Source: Antedon mediterranea (taxonomy: Eukaryota > Animalia > Echinodermata). Taken from it: 64,000 nt of DNA. Of this stretch, positions 1-13,000 are shown piece after piece (the stretch's first letter is position 1; every line of letters starts with the position of its first letter). A model generated the notes under the pieces. That model saw nothing but the letters and a program-made list of their open reading frames with translations. It had not been told where the DNA came from and ran no database searches. The stretch spans positions 6,983,888-7,047,887 of the forward strand of contig NC_092676.1 in NCBI RefSeq assembly GCF_964355755.1, given 5' to 3'. Both the position numbers and the translations under genes were made by a program.

Positions 1-1056
1 AACTACAGTAGTTTGACAAGAAAAAGTGTGATGTGCCCAAATATGGTAGTGATATGACATTATCATGTCCATACATGTTTTTGTCACATAAAGTTTGATA
101 TTTGTATCTTTAGGCTTTATACCTTTCTCTCAGGGAAGAGCATTACAGTACAATACAACCTGAATATCTGAAGTATTTACTACTTAGACTTTTTGAACAA
201 GAGTGTAGTGAAAAAAACATCTTATTAGCAACTTGTACAATATCTTTAAGTGTAGAATGTTACTGCTAGGAAAATGAGCTATAAAATGTACAGATAAAGC
301 TATGTAAGGTCTACTTACCATTAAAATATTTTAACATTCACGCATACATTTTTTCAAATTAGGAATCATAAAAGGTAATTTCTCTAGATATCTTGGCAAT
401 TGACTTGTTTCATTGTGTTCACGTACAATATTTAAATATCGCTTTTTCAATTTTTGGAATTGTTATTGTTCAAATATTAGTACAGTATATATTGGTTTTA
501 CTATCATAACTATAATGTCAATTTGTGTTTTATAAAGTAAAATGATTTGATTCAACTTTTTTCTATGCATGTTTTATTCCAGTCTATTTGGTAAAGTTTT
601 TTAACTTTATAATACTGTATGATATTATGTATTAAAAGTTTAAAACATGCTATTGAATGTCTGTTAATTTGTTATGCTTTGTTGTACTTGATATGTACAG
701 TATTTAACACATATTTTACTTCGTCAATAACTGGCTTTTTTTTCATTAAAAAAAATGTTCTATATGACCAGGTACGGTATTGTCATGCTAAATTTATGTA
801 ATGTAGTTTTAAAAAAACGACAACTTTTTGTTTTTAAAATGCTCACATTCTAGTGTCTTGAATGTTATTGTTGATAACAAATTATTAAAATCGAATCAAA
901 TGAATTCTACCAAACTATTATGAATTGATAAACATGATTGCGTGTGTTATGGTTAAGTAACGTCTTCATTATTACTGCTTCATGAAAACAGAACCTTGCT
1001 ATGAAGATCAATCAGAATTGAATTAACAATGAAACACCTTTTGTTCCTAATTACAG

Positions 1057-4000
1057 GAAACTCAGACTCGAACTCCAAGATCTCCGACGTCAGGGAACCA
1101 TTCGGGAAGGAGACGACAGCAAGAATCTCTGCGCCAGATGTCGTGAGCCCCTGGGAATGTTCGCGTCAGCGGAGGTCTGTCCAAAATGCAAACACAAAGT
1201 CTGCAAGACGTGTCAGGTATATACACCTAGTGGAAAACGATGGGTGTGCAAAGTATGCCACAAATCTATGTAAGTACTACAGTAATTAAAGTAATACACT
1301 GCAGTAATTGTTGTAGTATTGAACTATTGAAATTACTAATTAAATACAGTGTACTCTAATTCTGTCTTCAATAATTTAGACCAGATTCTAGATTCCAAAC
1401 CATTGTTAAACCAATCCGAGTACAATATCAATCACCAATTTTGACTAGATTTCAGACTCCAGATTATTGTTAATCCAGTCCCAGTATAATCTCGACTACT
1501 AATTTAGACTAGATTTCAGGCAACGTTTGTTGACGATTTCTGTTTTCCTGCAGGCAAATCAAAATAGAGTCAGGAGAATGGTTTTATGAAAAGCTTGAAG
1601 TGGACAATGTCCGACTCTTCGGATCTGACCTTGTTAAGGCTTCTCTTGACCGTGTCCACACTCGAAGCAAAGGCAACATGAGTTCCCCAAACAGCTTTGA
1701 AGAACAGGACGAATCAAGCCGACAGCATTACCAAGGCAGACACAACCACCATTCTGGAACCCCACGCAGTACCCCACGTGGGACACCAAGAGGAACTCCT
1801 AGCGGAACACCAAGAGGCATGTCTCCTCACAACAGTCCTCACCGACGAAGAGCAAACCGAAACCAAGATAGCGTGAGTGTAACCAGTTCCGAAAGCCACC
1901 GCTCTCACAGCCAGCAGAGTCAAATAGCGCATAGTGAATCGGGTTCTTCGAGAGATGGTATGAATGAAAAACGAACAAATGGTGTTCCGGTTGAGGTCGA
2001 TAACACACCATCAAAAAGAAGATCAAGGTAAAACAATCAATAAACACTGAATCAATGCAATTTTATTTACATAACTTTATGTATTCAAATTTAAATTGCA
2101 CTTTATAGATTTCAAACACAATCGTCAGAATTATTACCATACAAGTTTATGCACATTTTTTTAAATTTAATATTTTGATATTGCATCACATTTGAATAGT
2201 ATTAGTTTAATCAATTAATATAATTTAATATTTTGGGTGTGTCGGCTGGCAAAATCACTATTTTTTTACAACCAGTACTTATTATAAAGGAACGCCTCAA
2301 ACAAATTAAACTTCAATTTATTTTCCAAATTGCATGAAATGATAAGTAAATATTTAAAATGAAGCAAAACAGAGGGAAAACCAAAAGAGCAATTATTATT
2401 ATTATTATTATTATTATTATTTCATACTCATCCAACAGCGAGTAACCCGCCAATTACAGGATGGATAAACTATTTAAAATTTCACAAGATGCTCTACATA
2501 AACAAAGACTTATTATTAAGTCTTTGGGAGTGGAGTTGTAAATTGTCATGAGAAAAAAACCCTGACATATGACAGGACTTGAACCCAGGACCCTTAGATT
2601 AGTAGCCAAGCATCATAACCACCAAGCCACAGCTCCACTCTGTTATGCTCGTTTGTGTGGTTATACCCTTATACATATAACAAGGACAATAACAATAAAA
2701 AAACATGACAATGACAGGACAATACATAAACAAATTACCTACACAAACCAAACTATAGGCTAACATTTTATTAAAAATAAAGTATTAAAAGCACTATACA
2801 GATTTTTGCATATATAAATGCATGAAAAAGTCATTATAGTACTGTAAAGTGGTGCTCTATTTTTTATTTTATGTTGTTTCAAAATGTTTTCTTTTATGCA
2901 AACAAGGATTAAGAAGATGTTTCCAAGTTTCAAATCTAGCAAAAAGTCAAGGTATATGACAAAGTGCATAGTGGGATATGTCATATTACATATATTATTT
3001 AATAATCTCACTGTATATGCAACTAACATTCAACAGATTTAAGAAATTATATAGTATGTATATGTTTCTGGGATGCAAATGTAGTTGTTGTAAGATAGTG
3101 CTTATCTGAAACTGATTGACACACTGGTGGGTCCAAAAGGTGTTCCCTTAATATGAGTTTGAATGGTACATTTTATTAGGGAATTTTAAGGGGAAAATAA
3201 TATACAAGGTATACGATTTATAGAAAAAGACAAATTTTTGAAAATGATGGAATTTTTTAAATTTTTTATTTATGTATTTTTTTGGTCCTTTTTTTGCTGT
3301 TATACATTTGAGATATCAATTTATCAATAGAATATCAATTAGAATAAATAAAATAAAACTAATTGGGATACAAGAAATCATTCTTATATATTCTGAGATG
3401 ATATTTATTTTGTATTCAAATAAATGTTTTGCTGACAATTTCTACAACTGAAGAAAATAGAATACATTCAAAAATATGCTGGCAGTGGTTATACATAATT
3501 TAGAAGAAAAATAATAAAAACATTCTTTTTGACAGGTGTCATATTTTATTCATTTCATTACCAATAAATGTCATATCAGTTGGAATTTATGGATAGTTTA
3601 TAACAATTTATATAATAACTATAGTGACACACCCATCTATTACATTTTAATGTCAGTGAGTTCAAGTATTTTTGGCATTGGTCCCACTCAGTGGCGGATA
3701 TAAGGCATTTGTGGGTGTGGTCATGACATTACCAAAACCCAATCTATTCCAACCCTCCTATTCACCATACATGATCAATCCAAAAAAAATGTAGTTGATT
3801 ATAAGTAAATACTTTACAATATAAGGCCTGCTTTTTAAAGAAATTAGTATAATCAGTGGTTTATGTGATGTTAATTACGTCACAAACAGATGTTTATACT
3901 ACGCTATGGCCGATTTCTCTGGCTATTTGACAAACTATTATATCTATTGTCTATTTGTCTATTGATTTTGTTAAGTCTTTTGTGTTTAGTTCAAGCCAAT

Positions 4001-7000
4001 TAATAGTACAGTCTAGCTTATCAGGGCAGTAGCATGGAATTTTACGAATATATATATAAATCTAAAGCGTTATTAAATATCCTGTGAATGTAAGTCAGTA
4101 TTTTTGTTTTGTATGGTTTTAAGTTTTAATATGCCTTTTGTTCCTTTGAACCTTGTTGTTGTGTGTCAGTATTAAAACCTATTGTGTTTATTGTTATCAA
4201 TATTTTGCGACTGTGTTTTCAATCTTGCCTGCGTAATTGCTGCTCCTGGTGGTTGTCATGTACTCTGTACTGCTTTATTAGGTCAGTTTGATAAGCTCTA
4301 ATCATCTTTTTCTAGGTCGTAAATTTTCACTGATAGCTATAAAATAGGGCTGTATAAGGGGTTTATCATTTTTGGTATATGATAGCTTCTTTTCTCCTGG
4401 TTGGTACTAAAGCTGTTAACATGCTTACTGATAAAATCCTAGTCCTACCAAATTGGTGTGTGATGGTCAAAATAGTACCCAGCGTGGGTTGCATCTCATT
4501 TGGTAGGGATTTCTGTAATTGGGGACATAAAACAAGGCTTGGGAGTATTCCATTATATGCAAAATAGTTAATTGTAGTATAGCTCTTGTTTAAAAGGAGC
4601 AGATATTTTTTATCATTCATTCATCTTTTTATTTCGGAATACCATGATGACATAATATATCCATAGCCAAAAAGAAACATAATCTAAGAAATTATTGTAC
4701 AGGTGACAAACAAAAAAGAATTGAGATTGTAGGAATAACAGACAAAATATATATGTTTATTGTCATTTATTATTTAAAATTAAAAATGACAATGCTGTGG
4801 GTATCAGTGGCTGGATCTCAATGGAGATACAAAAATAAAAAGCGAAAAGCTAAATCAAAACGATAAAGTAAACAGCCAGAAAAGTTAGCAGAGCTTTCGG
4901 GCAACACTTGCCCTTCATCAGTGCAAGTGAAGGAATTTGGATAACGTCATTTATAGTCATTTATTGTCATTTATTTATATAATTTTATATTTTCCTTTTC
5001 TTGTATATTTTTTAACTATGGTTTGTGAAGTACGGTATTTATAGCATGTGGCCATTTATACTAAATATACAGTACTCAAATGCTGTGTTATGTATGAATA
5101 TACAGTACTGTCTTAAAACTTTATTTTTTGGTTTTTTATATTTTTATTTTATGTAGTATTGGTTATAACAAGAAATTATGGTGATTTTTTACTTCTTGTA
5201 TGTTTATGATGATCAATTTTACAATTCAGAATTTTCATATACATAATAAATAACGAAAAATAAGTAGGTATCGCTAATTTACGTACATATTTGAGAACCT
5301 TAGTTAACATTTACATGTATGTATTGAAAATTTAATTACTTAATGTTTGTTTACTAGTTTTGAAAAAGTATCAACTACCTCCAGTACAGATGATAAAGAC
5401 GTACTAACAGAAGTACCAACTTTGACTAAAGGTAAGTTTATTTAACATAGTGTTTTAATACTGTATAAACATGTGTGTGTGAGAGTTTGTAATGCTGACA
5501 GGATATCATCATTATCTCTATGGTGGTAAAAGCAACTAAATTTTCAACTAATTATTTTCTAAATCAATGCATTTTTAATCTTACAACTTCAGTAAAGAAA
5601 ATGTGTGATTTCATGAGAGATACTCTACTAAATTGTTGTGAAGCAAATGTACAGTATAACAATGGGTATATAGCCCGCAGAACATTTGGTAGACTGCAGA
5701 TGTCATGGTCCAAAACGCGTAAACCCTGGCAAAGCGAGATGCAAACAATTCCTACTACAGTATCTTGTTGAAGTGTCATACGCACTGCTCACGTAACGGC
5801 TTTTCCACTTCACGCCCAGATCAAAACCATGCGACACCCTTCCACAAAATCACTCTCTATCTCTCTAAATAAAAAATAAGCTTTTAGTTTTAAATGTTAT
5901 TTTTTTTTGCAATCTGTGTACTCCTATTTGTGCCATTAACAATCCAAAATTCTGATTACCAATACAAAAGTACAGTGAAGCAGGACATCCCTATCAAAAT
6001 TGTGTTTTTTTTTTGGGGGGGGTTTTTTTCTCACATTGTATTGTATAATTATATTATCAAAATCGTTTGCACTGAACAGTATTATATTTGTTAATCAGGT
6101 GTAAACCATTGACTAGCGAAAGCTATTTGTTTATACCGTTTGGCCTTTGGTGAATAAATAAAGAATTAAATTAAAATATAACACTACTATTTCATTAGGG
6201 GACACATTCCTGTGAAAACGAACATAGGGGAAGTATATTTTATAACACTGTAAAGCCAACCCTATTCAAGAGAGCCTGGAAGCAGAATAGACTGTATTAA
6301 TTCTAAATGTTGGTATCCAATATGTAATTTGATATATTTTGATCTGTAAACTTAAATTTCACTTTACAGATCAAAATATATCAAATTACATATTGGATAC
6401 CAATATTTAGAATTAATAATGCATTAATTATTATGCAATACTGTATGAAAGTTGTATGTAAATGTGTGCAGGATATGTCCGCATGTGTGTGTGTATCGCA
6501 CGTGTGTGTGTATCGCACGTGTGTGTGTATCGCACGTGTGTGTGTATTGCACGTGTGAGTGTATCGCACGTGTACAAATAAACACAGAGAAACTAACAAT
6601 GTGCACTTTAGCGAATGTATTTATATGAACTTAATGTTTGAAAGTACTGTTATATTGGTTGTAATGATTGTGTAGCATGGTATATAAACATCTGGTATTC
6701 AATGTTGTATTAACATTCACACCTCGCTTTTGCATGCTTGCTAATACATGTACCAACTCAATCCATTCATGATTTTAATCATAAATTACAAAAAAAAAAG
6801 TTACAAATAAATTGTATTTCCTGTTTTATCTACTTGATAATTGTAGTATGTATGATATATGATTATGAATTCTTAATGTATTGTTATTTTGGTATCAATT
6901 TTTGTTTGTTTATAAGTATGTGATTATTTTATTGTATAGTCTGTCTTTGTGTAGTTTATATTAGTAGCCATTAAAATGAATTAATAATTTAAAAATTCAA

Positions 7001-10000
7001 TATAACATAGACTTCTGCAGAATTATGTTTTACACAGTGGACACAAACTAAAGCTTTGTAACGTTGCAGAAATGCTCTTTTATTTTTCTGTGTTTTAAAA
7101 TGTTACAGTTCCGTTATTGGTAGGTTTATTTAGGCCTTCAATCAGGAAGTATTATGCATTTTGTTAACACCTATCCTTGATAAATGTTATCTTTACCAGC
7201 ATCTAAGCCCCTCCCTTTTATGCCTAAGCTCTTCTATGAGTGTACATTTTAACACTGTATTTTAAATTTTTTTTTAATAGGCCTACTTGGAGTATTACTG
7301 TATATATAGTTCATATCATTTTTTAGGCAACCTTGAAAATACAATAATAGGCAGGCCTAGTTTTTTTATACCGTCGTTATTATTTTCATTAAATTGTTAG
7401 TATTTTTTAAAATAGTATTTCAGGTTTGTTTCCTTATCTGTTTTTGTGTACAGGCCTGTTACTGTATGTTTTTTCGTAGTTCCTAGTAGTAGCCAAAAAT
7501 TGGTATTTATTTGATTCTTACTGTCATTATGAATCAATATTAGTTGCATAATAAAATTATATTTTAGGTTTCAAACCCCTTTTTATTTGTGTAGTTTCCA
7601 AAAAATATGTATTTTATATCAAAAGTATTTTTTTATTGGTTTAGTACAGCATTGATATTAATAGAAGCATGGAGATAATATCTACATAAATAGCAGGTTA
7701 TTGATAATAGGATGTATATTGGACAATAAAATTCAATGCAATTAATAAAAGAATAAAAATACAGTATTATAAATTAAACTATAAAATAATAAGTAATTTT
7801 AATAATCGTAAGAAAATACAATTTTTATTTTATGGTTCATTCTTGTGACCTATATTATTTTGTAATGGAAATTTACTGAAAATAGATGAATTTGTTTGTT
7901 TTTGCATGAAATGATGTTGCAGCAATTAATTATTGGCATAAAGCTATAGAAGAATTATGAACTAAAATTATTATTTAACCTCCGACCTCAATGTCCCTAA
8001 AACCACACCTTTCAAATTTGAATATATTACACAGTATGATGGCCATATAAAATTATTGTCTAGGAAGCGGACATATAATATCTGAAATAAATATTTATTA
8101 CTTACGCTATAAAACGCTTTATATTCGGTCTGCTTGATAGATTTAATATACACTAACTGTAAAATGGTCATCTTCGGCAATTTGGTTTTTGAATTTGCAG
8201 TATTATATTTTGATTAGTGTCATAGTAATAAACACAAGAAATGAAAAGCAGTTTGTATAATTATCAATTCTAGGATAATTTCTCTTGCATAATCAATTGC
8301 CTATGAATAATATTATGAATATATTATGTTATTTTTTTTTCTCCTGTTCAATTCTCAGATGACGAGTTTCATAATTATCAAAGTACCCATTTGAAATCAT
8401 TCAGCCATCAGAAGATTTGTACACCAGGACACGAAACTCCACCAAAAATGTCCTTAAGTTCTCCAAAATCAGTTAACCCTTCTTCAAAATCTGTTAATCC
8501 CTCCTCTAACTTAGTTAATCCCTCCTCCTCAAACTTAGTTAATCCCTCCTCAAAATTACGTAGCCCATCTTCCAAATTAAGTGTTCGTTCTAATACTTCC
8601 ACGTTGTCATCTAACCATTCATACGCATCTTCCTTTAGATCACAACCCATTAAATCATCTTGCATAAATCCACCACTAACTTCATTAACTAATGTAGTCT
8701 GCAGTGACACAGCATCACCTCTTTTGTCTAACAAATCTAAGCATAGAAATCATGGTGAAAGGGATAATAATCATTTGGGAAAGCATGTTGCATCATTACC
8801 ACGCTATAAAACCAGTTTGGAGTTCACTCCTTTTGTTCCTCTTGAGGAAGACGTGTATGTAAGCGCCATCCACATATTCCCAGAGGAAAAAGCGTTTGAG
8901 AGGACCGAAAGTATGGATGAAAGTTTGGGATATGTAAGTGATGTTGAATCACTGTCAGGACATTCTGGAAAAGAATTGCCAGTTGTTAGTAAAGATTTAG
9001 CAGTATATTCTTCTATTGATTCTGACAGTTCAGTTAGATATAAAAGAAATTCAAAGATTGATAGATTGGAACTAATTCCAGAACAAATGCAAAGACATGA
9101 TAAAGGTAGTTCTGGTTCTAGTATCATGTACAGCTCTCAAAGCAAAAATAGTAAGAGTAAAAATCTTGGAAAAGTATCCAATGAGTGTACTGTTTCTGAA
9201 ATAGACAATAATACTGTTGATTATCAACAATTTGGCTTAACCGCAAGACAAAGCGGCGGCTTGCGTTTGTCAAAGGGAAGTGCTTTTAATTATGTAGTCA
9301 AAAACAAGTATCGGCATGTTAATTCAAGATTTGCTAGCGAACATTTAAGAAGAAATGATTTGATGAATAGAAATATGGATAACAGCAGTGAAAAATTCAT
9401 TCCTATTTCAGCCACATCAAGAAGTGGTGAAGAGGATCCAAATGTTGACTCGTCATACAGTGATACTGAGGTTGAACAGCTCTGTTGTGAATCTCCATCT
9501 TCAAGTAAGAAGTTACCAACTTTTAAAACCAATCAAGGAGATTCAAGAAGTAGATTAACTCTTGATATTGAACGTGCAAATCAACGAAGATCTGGTTTTG
9601 ATCGTAAAGAAATTATTGATGAAAACAGTAAAACAGCTGGTGGTAGCAATAGAAAGAAATTTTCATTGAAGGGTAAAGCAAAACAGAAGTTTGATAGTTT
9701 AAAAAAGAAGTTCACTTTCAAACAAGAGAACTCTCCAGAAGATTGCCATACTACAAGTGATACTGAAGATCTCAATTTAAGTGCCGTCTCTTCAGATGAA
9801 GAGGAATATCTGCTAGATTTGACATTGGACCCTGACATCCGTTCTGCTTCACCGACATACAAGGAAACAATGTTTGATGCGAAATTGAAAACCAACCAGG
9901 CTTTAGTCACAAGCCTCATAGAACAATATTCAAACCCTTCTCTCAGCAGACCGTCAAGCATTTGCTTTACTAACTCATCTTCCGATAGCGAGGACTCGCG

Positions 10001-13000
10001 TGCTGAGGATGTTAGAGAGTTTGAAGAAATTGAAGCGCGTTTTAACTCAACCACATATTATAATGAGAGTTCTTCTGATGAAGATGTTCCTGATATGCGG
10101 AATAAAAGAAACCGAAAATCAGAAGAGTCGAAGGTCAAATATTTGCCTGTGGTTGAATCAGGCAATTCAGATGTTTGTCCCGAGTCATTGTTGTTAAAAA
10201 TGACAACACAACGCTTTCAAGAGATTGCGAAAGATTCTTCTGAATCGGACATGGATCTTGATGACGATAAGCAACCAGTTATTTTGCATTATTCGTTAAG
10301 GGCTGAAGCGATGGATTCTGAAAGTGAACTATCAGTTATTTTGGAACAAACAGAGGACAGTGATAGCGATGAAAGCGTACATATATGATATTACTATAAA
10401 CTGTACAAAACCATGCCCCACATTACTGATCACTATGATTAGATTCATATAAATGGAGTAAGCCCACCATCTTGTCACAAAAATAATTTAATTAAACAAA
10501 AAAGTTAGAATAGTTTCCAAAGAACAAATTTCCCCAAATCACAGTGCTTCATTTAATATTAGCAATACCATGGCCTTCCATGTCCAAGCCTATACTCTAC
10601 TGTATGTTCAAGTGAGTGATCTTGCCGTATGTAATATTTCTGCTCGGATATCACTAATGAGGGAACATGGTGTGCAGACAATCCTTTTTTTGGCGCTTAC
10701 TGAAATAGCAGAATAATTAAGTAGCAACTACTTTGTATAATATTTGGCCGAAATACATGGACAGAAAGGCATACTGAGGGCTTCCTACCTACTGTCAGAA
10801 GGCCTAGTGATCCTACCCACTGTCAGAAGGCTTAGGGACCATACCCACTTTCAGAAGGCCTAGGAACTATACCCATTGTCAAAAGGCCTAGGGACCATAC
10901 CCACTGTCAGAAGGCCTAGGGACCATACACACTGTCAGAAGGCCTAGGGACCATACCCACTGTCAGAAGGCCTAGCGACCATACCCACTGTCAGAAGGCC
11001 TAGGGACCATACCCACTGTCAGAAGGCCTAGGGACCATACCCACTGTCAGAAGGCCTAGGGACCATACACACTGTCAGAAGGCCTAGTGACCCTACCCAC
11101 TGTCAGAAGGCCTAGGGACCATACCCACTGTCAGAAGGCCTAGGGACCATACCCACTCAGTGCACTGTCAGAAGGCCTAGTCACCCTACCCACTGTCAGA
11201 AGGCCTATTGACCCTACCCACTGTCAGAAGGCCTATGGACCATACCCACTGTCAGAAGGCCTAGGGACTGATAACTAACAGTAACTAAAGTAGATGTTTG
11301 GACTCGCATATTTTCAGGTGCTCTGTTTATAAGGAATGTTTTCCAGCAGAATATATTTTGATATTAAAATGAAATTTCTTATATTTCCAATCATGAAAAC
11401 ATAGTTTTTAAAATATTTTAATTGAAAAATTGAATTGAAGCAAAAACAATTTTAAATGTTATTGAAGCAAAAACAATTTTAAATGTTATTGGTGACTTCC
11501 TTCCTTTCTTGTTAAAAACACATTAGAAGTAGTCATTGGTGTGGTTCACACAGTCTACACAAATTGTCCATAAACATGTCTGCCAGTAATTAAAATACAA
11601 ACTAATAATATGACACCTTTATTTCTAGTATAGAGTATTTATTTGTACATAGATCTAGTTATATTAAAAGGTTTTCCATTAATTAATATTGGTATCTATC
11701 TGTTGTGTTCTTGTTTTGCCCATTATAAGCCTTTGATATTTATATGTATTCTATATTTATATATTTCTATTGTGTTCAAATGTTTTGTTTTAATTAAATG
11801 TCTATCAAGGTTAATTTGTTTGTGGTTTTTGTGTATGGTAATGGTATGGTACAATTGTTTCACATTCCATGTCAATCGTTTGTGGAAATGTCTGTCTTGT
11901 GCACGTCTTCGTATCCAGAGTCTGCCAATATCCTTTATTAAACACTTAATATTCCTGATATAGATGGCCAACGACTCCCATGATATTCTTGCTGAAGAAG
12001 AATTTGATGAACCGTTTGCAGACCAAGATCATTATGAAGATATTCTAGAAGATCCTGATGATCTTCCTTCTCTTCCTCCACCAATGCCTCCTCCAGTTTC
12101 TTCATCTCCAGACTTAAAAGAACCAATTGTTGTTGATTTAAATGATAATGAAACGTCTAACTTCTTTCCTAAAACTCCACTAATATCGGAATCACCCTTG
12201 AAATCTATAACTAAAACCTTAAGTTTCTTGCCAAGCTTTTTGCGCCCTGGATCAGACTCACCACCACCACCTAATGAATCTCCACAAGATGTGGAACTTC
12301 AATTGGAATCAAATGGTTTCGAAAATGAAAATCCCTCTGAACTAACTGACGATAATGATTTAAATTATTATGAAGATAAAATTGAACCGTATCCAGAGGA
12401 TAATGGTTATGAACCAGAATACCTCCCTGATACTCCAGAACCAGAAGTTGATCATCTAGAAGTGAATCCGGAAGCATTTACTCGTTCTAAATCTGTCACA
12501 TTTGCAGATGATGTTGAAAATCTAGAAGAGAAAAATTCAACTCCATTATTCTCAATTTTTGGCTCAATACATCGTAGATTATCTGACACACTAAAACCTC
12601 TTCTGTCACCAAAAGAAGAAACAATTTCAGAACCTTTTGAAAGGGATGAAAGTGATGCACCGGAAGATGATCAATGGCAAAATCAACAATATATTTTAAA
12701 TGAAGAAGAAATTGAGATTCACGAAACCGATATCGATTCCAATGAAGTTCCAATATCTTTAACTCCAGAGCTTGAGGAAATTCCTCCAGAGCCTGATGCT
12801 CCTCATGTAGAGATAGAGGATCATCTTTCAGAGAAGGAAGAACTTCCTCATGAACTGGAAGAATTTCCTCTTGAACTTGAAGAACAATTAGATTTTGAAA
12901 CTAACAATCTGGTAGAATTGGAAAATAACCAGGAAGCTTTAGATATAGATTCTTCTTATGTAGAAACTCTTGGTGAACCATTGGAAAATGTAGATAATTT

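Noticed and set aside
4034-4095. Possible alternative first exon of the Slp gene (ATG at 4034, GTAAGT at 4090)
   Set aside because: The ATG frame stops before the donor and there is no other support, so it is not called. A non-coding exon cannot be excluded.
8408-10054. Minus-strand ORFs of 80-157 aa
   Set aside because: Antisense shadows of the long + strand exon with no recognisable motifs.
10783-11269. 28-bp repeats resembling a CRISPR array
   Set aside because: The units are directly adjacent with no unique spacers, there are no cas genes, and the context is eukaryotic. It is a minisatellite.
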